This document shows, in pieces, positions 25,083 to 37,500 of a DNA stretch of 64,000 nucleotides (the stretch's first letter is position 1; each line of letters begins with the position of its first letter). The notes beneath the pieces were generated by a model. The model did not search any database. It was not told the origin of the DNA and saw only the letters and a program-made list of their open reading frames with translations. The translations under genes and the position numbers were made by a program. Location: positions 40,672,001 to 40,736,000 of the forward strand of contig NC_092356.1 of assembly GCF_963676685.1 (NCBI RefSeq). The letters run 5' to 3'. The stretch is from Mytilus edulis (lineage: Eukaryota).

Positions 25083-26334
25083 GGTACCAGGATTATAATT
25101 TAGTACGCCAGACGCGCGTTTCGTCTACATAAGACTCATCAGTGACGCTCAAATCCAAATATTTATAAAGCCAAACAAGTACAAAGTTGAAGAGCATTGA
25201 GGATCCAAAATTCCAAAAAGTTGTGCCAAATACAGCTAAGGTAATCTATGCCTGGGATAAGAAAATCCTTAGTTTTTTCGAAAAATTCATATTTTTGTGA
25301 ACAGGAAATTTATAAAAATGACCACATTATTGATATTCATGTCAACACCGAAGTGTTGACTACTGGGCTGGTGATACCCTTGGGGACGAAACGTCCACCA
25401 GCAGTGGCATCGACCCAGTGGTGTAAATAGTTATCAAAGGTACCAGGATTATAATTTAGTACGCCAGACGCGCGTTTCGTCTACATAAGACTCATCAGTG
25501 ACGCTCAAATCCAAATATTTATAAAGCCAAACAAGTACAAAGTTGAAGAACATTGAGGATCCAAAATTCCAAAAAGTTGTGCCAAATACAGCTAAGGTAA
25601 TCTATGCCTTGGATAAGAAAATCCTTAGTTTTTTCGAAAAATTCATAGTTTTGTGAAGAGGAAATTTATAAAAATGACCACATTATTGATATTCATGTCA
25701 ACACCGAAGTGTTGACTACTGGGCTGGTGATACCCTCGGGGACGAAACGTCCACCAGCAGTGGCATCAACCCAGTGGTGTAAATAGTTATCAAAGGTACC
25801 AGGATTATAAATTAGTACGCCAGACGCGCGTTTCGTCTGCATAAGACTCATCAGTGACGCTCAAATCCAAATATTTATAAAGCCAAACAAGTACAAAGTT
25901 GAAGAGCATTGAGGACCCAAAATTCCAAAAAGTTGTGCCAAATACAGCTAAGGTAATCTATGCCTTGGATAAGAAAATCCTTAGTTTTTTCGAAAAATTC
26001 ATAGTTTTGTGAACAGGAAATTTATAAAAATGACCACATTATTGATATTCATGTCAACACCGAAGTGTTGACTACTGGGCTGGTGATACCCTCGGGGACG
26101 AAACGTCCACTAGCAGTGGCATCGACCCAGTGGTGTAAATAGTTATCAAAGGTACCAGGATTATAATTTAGTACGCCAGACGCGCGTTTCGTCTACATAA
26201 GACTCATCAGTGACGCTCAAATCCAAATATTTATAAAGCCAAACAAGTACAAAGTTGAAGAGCATTGAGGATCCAAAATTCCAAAAAGTTGTGCCAAATA
26301 CAGCTAAGGTAATCTATGCCTGGGATAAGAAAAT
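25083..26334 (-). mobile_element. Retrozyme-type tandem array, family A: 3.5 units of 356 bp
   Basis: Units start at ggtacc 25083, 25439, 25795 and 26151. They are nearly identical and each contains a hammerhead. Confidence 0.92.
25106..25147 (-). ncRNA. Type I hammerhead ribozyme (further copies 25462-25503, 25818-25859, 26174-26215)
   Basis: Minus strand: cguca-CUGAUGA-guc uuaugua gac-GAAA-cgcgcg-UC^-uggcg. Complete core, stem I, stem II and palindromic stem III. Predicted cut between 25111 and 25110. Confidence 0.92.
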
Positions 26335-27510
26335 TAAAAGTGGTACAGTTTTAGCCGTAAAAGGAGTTCCTATGGAAAATTGCATTGCCGATATTTACAG
26401 AAATGCAACCTTCAGTTGGTATCATGGTTGCCATGATTTGTCTGTCTTTGTCAATATACTATTGAAAGATAACATGTTTGAATGATATTGCGATGTCTTG
26501 ATTTATGATTTTGTTTTCACATTGTTTATTTTAGTTTAAATTTGGCTTTGATCTAGAAGTTAGTAACTTCTGGTACTTTTATGTCTTTTTTGTCCTTCCT
26601 GGTTTTTTAAGCCATTGTTTTAAGAAAAATTCTGTTAACCGAAGCTCCACTTTTCAAATTATTTTTTTTTGTTTTTTCATTTTTTATTAAATATTTTTAC
26701 ACTGTCCCTGGTTAGGTGCACAACAATGTGTGAATACCCCCATTCTTTATGTTATCCATGTTGTGATTGGTTTCTGTAAGAATTGATTAAGAATATTATT
26801 GTTGACGTACAATTCATATTTATTTCTTTTTATTTTCAATAATTTTAGTTTTTTTTACTAAATCTTGCGGTTAAACAAGAGCATTCGGTTTATCTCTATG
26901 AATATATCGGACGGTAAATCAGTTTAGCTAAAAACTAGTAAAAGGTTGTTAGTATTAAGCAAATGCAGTGAGAGTAGAAAATATCATTGAAATTATATCA
27001 TTGTATTTCTTCATAAGTATACAATTATTAAGCATGCTTGTATTCTCAATTGTAGTATGAAAGGTGAACTAGATTTAGATTGTTATAAATAAATTCAACA
27101 ACTGTATACCGCTGTTCAATTCAAACTTTTAAAATTATCTCTTTCAAAATGTAAATTTTGATTGAATAGTACAGAGTTGTCTATAGATAAATACCTAAAA
27201 CACTTTAAAAAAAAAATTCTCTGTTATATATTTTTGTTTGAAGTTTTAAGGGGAATTAAGTGTCCGGTCAGTTGTCCATTTAAATAAAATGAAATGTGCA
27301 TGTTTAATTCAAGTTGTCAGCATTTAAAAGGACTTGACCCTTATAAACCAATTAAAAATAACACCCTACTTTTCATGCATATGACTTTAAAAATTGGTAT
27401 ATATTTAACTCAGTGTGTATGTTATCGCTTGCTTGAATTAGACTTAGGTGGGATATATTCCGTACATATGCATTAAGAGGTGCTTAATATGAGTCAGGCA
27501 TTACCTGTAA

Positions 27511-27970
27511 ATGGGGACGAAGTCTGTATGATTTATTTTTTTGTAACTTAAGTATTTGTTAAAAAAAAAAGAAACGGAAATACCGTAACGTTTCCGATTT
27601 TGGTTCTGTTGTTAGGGATTTTAGTTGTGACGTTATTTAAATTATGACGTCATATGCAATGTAAACAAAGAAACGCTATCATCAGGTAACGTTTTTTCAT
27701 ATCAAGGAATTATTAAAAATGAAATTGGTATTGCGCGTTCCTTCCTATTTTATACTAGACTGATAAATATATATTTTACTCAAAGTTTCATACAAACGAG
27801 TCCGGAAAAAGGAAGTTCATTGTACATTTCTGCGCCGGTCCGGGATTTCAAAACACGACAAAAAAAATTTGAACGATTTTGAGTTCATTAGTACAATGAA
27901 AAATTCGGGAAATTTTCCCGAATTTTTTTTTTATTGAATTTTCTACTGTTATTGGGGACTTCGTCCCCAT
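27511..27970. mobile_element. MITE-like element with 14-bp TIRs
   Basis: atggggacgaagtc ... gacttcgtccccat. Confidence 0.6.
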
Positions 27971-28099
27971 ATAATTATCAAAAGAAGCTTACATCCTTTT
28001 CTCCGAAATCAGTTCAATCAACTTAAAATTGTTCTACCTTGTAGACCACCATTCTCCGTGAAATTGTATAAAAGAGAAAATTCACAATTCTTTTCATAT

Positions 28100-30200
28100 G
28101 AAAATCTTAGAATACGCTATAAATTTACAATACGGCATATTTTGTCAAAATTGTACAAAAAGGTAAAACATATTTGTTTAATTGGAGGTAATCCTTTTAA
28201 ACGAATTGTCGGCATTCCTATGGAACTGAACTTTTACTTATGTTCACATGAATCGGAGTTCCATCAGACACTTGTAAGAAAAACATCAAAGAAGCCAGAC
28301 CATCGAATTTTGCATTCAGATATATCGATGATTTTCTTTCCCTTGGCCATTAGCCATTGCGTTCCATTAATTAAACTTATCATATATACCCGGATTAAAA
28401 TTTATATTTACGCCGGACGCTCGTTTCGTCTACAAAAGATTCATCAGTGACGCTCGAATCAAAAAATGTTAAAAGGCCTAAGTACAAAAATTCCCAAACG
28501 TTTTTCCAAAAACAGCTAACTAAGGTAATATATTCCTGAGGAAGAAAAGCCTTAGTACTTCAAAAATTCAAAATTTTGTTAACAGTTAATTTATGATTAT
28601 GAACATATCAATGAAAACTCAAGTCAACACAGAAGTGCTGACTACTGGGCTGGTGAACAGCATTGAGGGCCAACAATTATTAAACGGTTTTTTTCAAATA
28701 CAGCTACGGTAATCTATTCCTGAAGAAGTATATCCTCAATACTAGAAATTTAAAGACACGGCGTTATCTACCTTAGTTTTAGAGTGACACATCATATATG
28801 ACATGCGCAATCATCTTAGTACATAAATCAATGACAATCAGGTTGTTTTTCATTTTGAAATTATCAATATTCCCCGCCTTTGTAGCAAAATAACAACTTC
28901 ACCTCCATACGGGATATACATTTTGAATCCCAATTTCTATTCAAGAGCTTGCAGCTGCCGCTCAGACTTGTAAAGCGTCACCAGTGTCTGAGCAGAAATT
29001 TGATGAACCAGGGTTATGTCACGAACGTCTCGCGCTTTTTATAAAAAAAAACAAAGTTCATCGTGAGATATAAAAAAAAGAAGGTGTGTTATGATTAAAT
29101 GTACCAATGAGACAACTGTCCATAAGAGACCAAAATGATAAAGAAATTATCAAAGTATAGGTCACTGTACGGCCTTCAACAATGATCAAAGCCGATACCG
29201 AAAATACCCATATAAAAAAGGAGATATGGTATGATTGACAATGAGACAACTCTCCACAAGAGACCAAAATGACACAGAAATTAACAACTATAGCTATAGG
29301 TCACCGTACGGCCTTCAACAATAAGCTAAGCCCATACCGTATAGTCAGCCTTGAAAGGCCCTTAAATGACAATGTAAAACAATTCAAACGAGAACGGCTT
29401 TATTTTTAAGTACAAAAAATGAACGAAAAACAAATATGTAATACATAAACAAACTACATCCACAGAATTACAGGCTCCTGACTTGGTACAGGCACATACA
29501 TACATAATGTGGCGGGGTAAAACATGTTAGCGGGATCCCAACCCTCCCCCTAACTTGAGACAGAAGTATAACAGTAACATGAGAAACTTTTCAACTTTAA
29601 CCCTGTATACCACCATACCTTGTTGTTAATTATTTGATGTAATACACGAGGGTCTTGAAGTATAGATTCTAGGTACTGATGTTGTTTATCATCTTCAAAA
29701 CATGTTATAATGTTCCTTCGTTTGTCTTTGTAAATTATAACAACAACTGTCTATTTGGGTAATAAACGTTTGACACGGCTCGGTATTTATACATCCCGTC
29801 ATTTTGGTATTCTTGTTTTTCGATTTTGCTCATGTGATGTGCTTCGTCTTAATGCTTTTTTCTACATATTTTTTAAAAGTGATTAAGATTTAAACACAAT
29901 GTTGAAAACTATACCCCTATGTTTGCCATTTTTACCATTTTATATCTCTTTGTTGTGTTCACACATTGTTGCCAATATTATGGAATTTCATGTAACTGTC
30001 ATCCAAGTGAGATATTTTCAATAGCTATAAAAACAAGTTTTATTCAACATTTTCTACATAAGAGCATGCCTGTTCAAATTGAAGGATATGACAGTTGCTA
30101 TCCTTTCGCTTGATGTGTTTGAGCTTCTGATTTTTCCATTTGATTAGAAACTTTCTATTTTGAGTTTTCCCTGGGTTCGGTATTCGTGTTATTTTGCTTT
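28100..30200 (+). mobile_element. Highly decayed Penelope-like element interrupted by a retrozyme monomer and SINE-like repeats (29075-29580)
   Basis: 'GGNPFKRIVGIPM' (~28183-28220), 'ttcagatatatcgatgat' (FRYIDD, ~28315), thumb region 'FEIINIP...TSPPYGIYI...SRACS' (28853-28957), then the tail family at 29600-30200. Confidence 0.7.
28390..28740 (-). mobile_element. Diverged retrozyme family A monomer with hammerhead at 28411-28452
   Basis: Minus strand: cguca CUGAUGA auc uuuugua gac GAAA cgagcg UC cggcg. Stem II and the stem III palindrome each carry a mismatch. Confidence 0.8.
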
Positions 30201-30549
30201 TATACTACTCTGGATTCATCAATATTCGTTGGCTACCAATTTTCGTGGATTTCGTGAGTCCAGGGAAACTGCGAATTATATATTTAACGAATTACAAATT
30301 TTGTAAAGGAATGTATGTAGACTTTGCCAAACAACAAAAGTAATATCCTCAAAAATGCCAGTTTTCCTCAATCCATGACAATTGGTATCTACGAAAACAA
30401 ATGCATCCACAGAATGTTTTGATAAGGTATGTAGTAAAATGGCATGTTCTTGATTGGCTGTCTTAAGTTATTGGCCAGCATATGAGAAAAACCACGAAGA
30501 TGACAAATATATATTTGACAAAAGTTGAGTTTTGTACAATTGTTAACAG

Positions 30550-30683
30550 AAATTATCATTGAGTGTGCCATTAGCAGACGACACCAATCCTACCTCCATT
30601 GATGAGTTACCTACAGAGCTGGTCGCAGTCATCAGAATGAATGACGGTAATAGTAATTCAAAGGAGCAGCTACATTCCAAAAG
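30550..30683 (+). CDS. Putative upstream exon of the rootletin-like gene (non-rootletin sequence)
   Basis: aacag|AAA...AAAAG|gtaaag, open frame KLSLSVPLADDTNPTSIDELPTELVAVIRMNDGNSNSKEQLHSK. The phase-2 end matches the next exon. Confidence 0.5.
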
Positions 30684-33189
30684 GTAAAGTTTAAAAAAAA
30701 ATAAAATTGGTCAACTTTTTCCGATGTTGTTGGAATTTTTTATCATTGCCTTGGTCATTTCTAGTCATATATAGTTGAACTAAAATATAGCTGTTGGCTT
30801 TAAAAGTAGACAGTCTATCAGAACGTTTGATGACGATAAATTTACCTCAGCTTTCATAAAGTAAACTCCAAAATTTGCTTAAAAATAAACTCAATCTTAT
30901 GGTCAATTAAAGGAAATTGAAAACCAAATTTAAATTTGTGAATCATTTAGATAAACTGGCAAAATTTAACCTTTCAAGACTCATTGAACTGGTTCTCCAA
31001 TGTTAAAAAAATGTTTGATATTTAAACTAGAGATTCGCTTAGATTTTAAACTAACCCCATTTTGTTATTGTTCTATTATAATGCCAATACGTTATTTTTC
31101 TATTACAATTTTGAAAATAAGTTGAACGACAAAATTATTTTACTCGCGTAGTGGTATTAACCGTATGCGGATTCTTAAAAATTCTAAAGTACTTCTGGAT
31201 GATTTTAGATATCGGTCATTTTTTTTAAATTAGTTCTAACGAAACTTTTCATCTTTAACCCTGTATACCACCATTCCCCATGTGAAATTGTAATTTTTTC
31301 AAAATAGTTTGAACGACAAAATGATTTTATATTTCTTCCTGTGTGACATTTTCATTTTCTGACATCAAACACGCAAAGCAATGAATGTGGTTGTTTAATT
31401 TGATATATGCTTTTAGTGCTTCTTTGTTAAATATTTGTTTGCTTTGAGATTTTAACACAGTGATGACTGCTGTACCTATATTTTGACAATTTTACTTATA
31501 ATGTCTGTTTTTTACACGCATCGTTGTAAATATAATGGAATTTAATGCGACAGGCATCCAAGTAAGAGGTTTAGCGCTAAAGAACTTGGTTCAATCCACC
31601 ATTTTCTACATTTGAAAATGCCTGTACCAAGTCAGGAATATGACAGTTGTTGTCCATTCGTTGGATGTGTTTGATCATTTGATTTTGCCATTTGATTAGG
31701 GACTTTTCGTTTTGAAGTCTGTTCGGAGTTCAGTACTTTTGTGATTTAACTTTTGATCACGATTGTTAAGCATTTATATAAACTGACAAAATTTAACCTT
31801 TCACGACTCATCGAATTTGTTCGGAATCAAAAAATGTTTGATATTCAAACAAGAGATTCGTTCAGCTTGTAAACTAACCCTTTAAGCACGGCTGGTCAGG
31901 TTTTTCTACAAGAGAATGTTCTGCGCTGATGATTTGGTCCTGACTGTGGTTGCTGGTTGTTAAAACATGTGCGAACAAAGATGACAATAGACTATTTTCG
32001 TCGTTTCTCTTATAAAATATGAAAAGAAAAAAAAAATGTTTTTTTTTAGTTTTGTTTTAGTTGAAAGTCAAGCAATTTAAATTTTATTCCTCTATGCGGC
32101 TACAACATGCATAACAAAAAAGTTACCGTGTTTTTAAAAAAAACAACGCAGAATACTACTAGGTGCTCATGGAGTCTGTTTTTTTATACCAAAATCCTTA
32201 CGACTTTTTTGAGGGGGGAATACTAAAAAACTGCGATTTATCAACATTGTGCATTTTTCTTAAGAAAATTAAGTAAAAGTAGAGAAAATAAAAAAATGAA
32301 ATGATTATTTCAGAAAACAATTGGATGCCTTCCCACCTCACATGTTGTTAATAGAAGTGGGACATTTAAAGACGTATCGTATCTGTATCTGATACGTTGA
32401 CGTATCTGAACGCATCTATTGGTTATACTTACAATACATGTAGCAATCGAGAATAGGGAAAAGAGTTTGAAAAAATATGAAAGGATAATGACATTTTTTT
32501 AGTCTCTTTCATTTTTTATACATGAATTGGTTTTTTTAATAAATGTTCAATAGTTTACATACTTGCTTCCTGTGAGTCAAAATTCTGACTTCTTATATCT
32601 ATTATTATACATTTATTGCTCTAAAAGTGATGTTCCTATGATATATATTTACAGTACATATAATTATGCAATTATGAAAACATGGACGACAACAGAAGAT
32701 AACATTTACACACATCTAGCAATCACGTGTTTTTCGTGTCAATCTATCATAATATACCTGTATATGTTTTAACACTCGACGTTTAAATCATTACAACAAC
32801 ATGTAACCATGCGTGAAGTTGAATTATAAAACAAATAATGTAACGTTATAATAATTAAACCCATACATTATATTTGCTAATAAATGGGGATGAATCATTC
32901 AACATCAGCAGTTACGAATTGATGACTGATACCAGTATTAATACATTTACAAATTAGCAGGCATTACTTTTTTTTTTGGGGGGGGGGGGGGAATCTCAAA
33001 AAAAGAGAACAAAAATTTCCATCACCCTTTCCCTATTTGTTCTCTATCTTTTTCTTGTTCTCGGAATTTTTATCACAGTGTTTGACTCAATCATTAACTA
33101 TATCTGCATTATTATTAAAAATCATGCCTGAATAGATAAAAACGGGTGAATAATTTTATACTCTCCGGTGTGTAATAAAAAGAGTGTTT

Positions 33190-33319
33190 AAGGTTCATGT
33201 GGACCCTTTGTCTAAAATGGCTGCATTAAATCTTTCCAGATGCCCAGGTTTGTCTTTTTCAGAGTAAATGTTTTGGGTTAAATGCAGCCATTTTAGCCAA
33301 AGGGTCCATACGAACCTAC
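33190..33319. mobile_element. Small MITE
   Basis: Inverted arms aggttcatgtggaccctttgtctaaaatggctgcatt / aatgcagccattttagccaaagggtccatacgaacct. Confidence 0.65.
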
Positions 33320-34573
33320 ATGACCGGAAGACATAACAAAAATAAAAACAATATATAGATATGAACTATTTAGACACGTAAATAATCCATGATTCAATAT
33401 CAGATTTCTTGCAAATATAGCATACACATTTCCATCTCCATTTCGACACAAGTAGTTGCTTTCTCAAATCGATTGTCCAACATTTTAGCAAAATTTAGAC
33501 ATTAACATACTGATATTTATCATTCAATCCATTGGCTAGGTTTTATGGGCATATATGGACGAAAGAGACAACAGAAAAATTAAAAGTTTCTTGCATGGTT
33601 GAGAACTGGATAATGCATACAAATACCGAACGCCGAGCAAAATTCAAAACGGAAAGTCCCTTAACATATGACAAAATCAAAAACTCAAGAACAACAAACG
33701 AATGGATAACAGCTGTCATACAGTTTAATGAATATTTGCATTTTGATGAGACATGATAGTGTATAACAGACACCCTTCATCAATACAATACTGATGAAGT
33801 TTAAAAGGCTTTAATTCTCTACTCATGTGACCCTTACTTTGTGTAAAAGTATGCGATGGCTACTTTTGCTATCAAATGTCACAGCTTAGACCTTTTTTTG
33901 TTCCTCTGTGACTATTGAATATTTCTTATCTAAATTGGAAATGGAAGGCCGCATCCTTGTTCTTAATCATGCCATGATCGTACCAATGCATAATATATAT
34001 ATAAATTCGTGTGATTTTTTTCTTCATTTTTTTTTTCATTTTTATTTTGATCAGATTTGTGTGCAAGAGTAAAAAAAAAAATGTTTTATTACGTAACAGA
34101 TGGTTCTGGTTTTATCATCTTAGTTAATTTGGTTAAAAATCCTCATTTACAATTGTTGTCCTTTATAACTGTGCTCATATGTTTCTGGTGTTCAGCAATC
34201 AAATGTTACAAGGAGCCTAATGCACAATGTGCCTTTCAATCTAACTAGAACCATGGTGGCCTTTTTTACAGATACATCATTCATATTGTACTTTAATAGA
34301 TTCTGAAGAAGAACATTAATTTTATTTTTAAATAACACTTCATAGTATATTATTTATGGTTTTAAGTTTGTTTTAAGGCAGTGTTTTTTACCTACTTCGG
34401 GTGCGAGATTTTCTCCTATTGGTGGCCTTCGACTATTATCTGCTCTTTGGTCGAGTTTTTGTCTCTTTGACATATTACCCATTTTAATTCTCAATTTTAT
34501 ACAAATATTTTATTGCACTGATAGTTGTTAGTAATATTTATTTGTATGCAATTTAATTTATTTTTTACTTCAG

Positions 34574-37500
34574 TCACTGTAAAAGTGACCGGTTAGAACA
34601 CAAAGTCCGTTGTAAAGAGGAGGAGCTTATGGGAACAAAAGAGGTTCAAGGCAGGACATTTTTGGACCAACATTTTCTAGAACAGAAAACTGAAGTCAGT
34701 AAGTTAATATTGATTAGTAATATGTTTGATAATTCATTTTAAAATCACATTTATTAAGAAGTTCTAACTGAAATATGGAAAATATATATAAATAATTCTT
34801 ATATGATTTGCATATCTATAAACACTTGATTTGGATTGGTCAATTTTAATTTTTCTCTCGGTTTACAATTTGATAAATCATGTTTCCGAAACTACTTTCG
34901 TAATCTATTCATGATCGGTTTGCAGGGATCTCTGGATTTCATCAAATTGAGATTAAAAAACATACATAGTATATGACTGTACTATAATGCATACATGTCT
35001 ATAACAAAAAATAAATAAAATAGATAGATAAATGCACTTAAGCTTCGAAAATGTATTACTTTAAAATTAGATAAAATTCCGCGTCAGAGTAATACACGAC
35101 GTCGTACGAATGAAAACTATTTTGTTACTAAACCTGTCAATTGTGCATTTGGTGGTATTTATAGTTACCTTTACACAAAAAAATTTTTATTTAAGAATCG
35201 CAAATATTTTTCCTTAAGAGTTATAAGGATTAAACACATTTTTTCTAGAAGTTATTGATGTGTAAACCGGGGCTCTTACTCACAAACTTTACATAGGACT
35301 TTTATTCAGTTTGTGAGTTAATCGACCTGGTTTACACATCAATAACCTCTAGAAAAAATGTGTTTAATCCTTACAATTCTTAATAAAAAATATTTACTCG
35401 CAAACTTTCTATAAAAGTCCTTCGGACTTTTATTCAGTTTGTGAATTCATCGGCCCGGTTTACAGGAAAGACATACATTTATATAACGCATATTAATAGT
35501 ATTGATTGGTTTAATTGAAGGCTGGAGCTAGCATGTTATTAACTGCTTGTAGTTTATGTTAATTTTTGTTAATTACTGTTTCTCTTTGATTATTTCCTTC
35601 TGGTACTTATTCTAACATCCGATTCGGAATCAATGGAACTGATTTTTACTATAAGTATTGCTGTGTGTTGTTTAAACCAAATTGGCTAGATGTCTCACAA
35701 AACATGTTTAACGCCGCTGCATTCTTTGTTTCTGTCCCCAATCAGTAACAGCTTACCTTTGGTATTTTTTAAGCTTGGTTTATATAAATATTTCGGAGTT
35801 TAATTTGACTTTTATCTTCACTGATCTAGTACATAAAATTATTAAGAGATCCAATAGAGTTTACATCCGGGATTTTTTTTTACATTTTTGAAGACACATT
35901 TGTGGGTTGTGCAGTTTTCTACTTTTTGTCTGATTGTTGACACATTCCCTGTTTCCAATTTCAATTTAATTCTTCATCTTTTTAATTACAGATGACGCAT
36001 TGAACAAATCTAAAGTTCAGAAATCTGACCTTGAACTTGGAATAAACAAATCAAAGACAGAGGAGGCTGGACTGAATGACGGTTTACATCAGGATGAAAA
36101 GATTTTTCCCATGGTAGGTTGTTTTATTAAACATATGTCAACATAACGGAGAGTTCAGCAAGATATCAGTTTTGTGTTTCATATGTCATTTAAAATGAAA
36201 GGTTACGATTAAAAGTATACAAAAAAGTGATAAAATAAATCTCTTACGTCAAAGAAACATTGTTGATATATGATTCGGATAATTTCTTTTTCGATGACCT
36301 CCAGAAGTGCATGCAACTATTCAAGTTATATATGTTTGCCCTGGTTATCAGAAATTGACAAATATGTAATATATGTGTAGGAATCAAATCTATTTTGGGT
36401 TTCAAATCTATGACAGATTCCTTATTTATGGAAAATGTGACGTCATGCCATCCCAAATCTATAGCAGATGTTTTTACAATCCTAATCTATGGCAAGTTTT
36501 GTAACTTCCCAATCTATTGAGGATTTGTGTTGTTTCCAAAGTTATGGCAAATATTGTGCAAATGGAAAACAATTGTGCATATTACCTGTATAACCCATTC
36601 ATCAAACCAAATAGTAAATCCCTTAACAAACAAGAAGGCAGGTTTAAAAAAAAAATATGAATAAAAACAGTTTGAATTTTCACATAATGTTATTTCATCG
36701 TTAATACTTTTACTTTTTAATTTGATGACGATTCGATTTAAATCAAATGGGTATTCAGTAAATTATAATCTTTCACATTTTATAAACTTTGCCAGCCGTA
36801 AAATATTTATCATAACTCTTTTTATAGAATATCCAGTGCTGAAACGGTGTTTTTATTTATTATGGGCTTTGGCCGGTACGGCACATTTGTTCCCTCTTTT
36901 AGATAAAAGGTCACATCTTTCTTTAAAACATCCGCATATTGTTGTCGAGGGAAATACCTTCACCTAGAATGGTGTTCAAATCTATGGGTTCCGCCTTCGT
37001 AAGCGGATGCGACGATGTAATATGGCGTTTTTCAATTGTGACGTTATGAGAAAGATCTGCTACAGATTTGGAGAAAAGAAAAATTTGCCATGGATTTGAC
37101 TTGTTTGACGTTTGTAAAGTCACATTTGCCATAGATTAGGAACCTGCCAGAGATTTGGAACCCGCCATATATTTGAGTCCTACATATGGGTCCAAATAGA
37201 TTACATGTTTTATGCGATAAACAAGTTGAAATGGTGCAATGCTAGTGGTGATATATATTCTACAGTGAATTTGTAAAATCGTTGGAATAATTGGTGATTT
37301 GTTATATCTCTTTCAGTTTCGTGGGTTTTATAAAATCCATGAAATTATAACGAATGTTTTGAAACAACTGAGAATCTTGTCAGGGATTTTGTAAAATTTT
37401 AGAATTGTGTTTTTTATAAAGAAAGACCACTGAGTTTGAAATATTTTTTTTTTAATAAATACTACTAATTAAAGTTATGGTATATTGATAATAGATAAAA

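Noticed and set aside
25356-25428. HDV-like ribozyme in the second retrozyme domain
   Set aside because: Minus-strand gaugcc/gguauc could mimic P1, but there is no room for P1.1, P4 or the J4/2 catalytic C.
25248-26485. ORFs 25248-25430 and 26255-26485 (also 39720-39908, 40826-41041)
   Set aside because: They are not preserved between tandem units and run into unrelated flanks.
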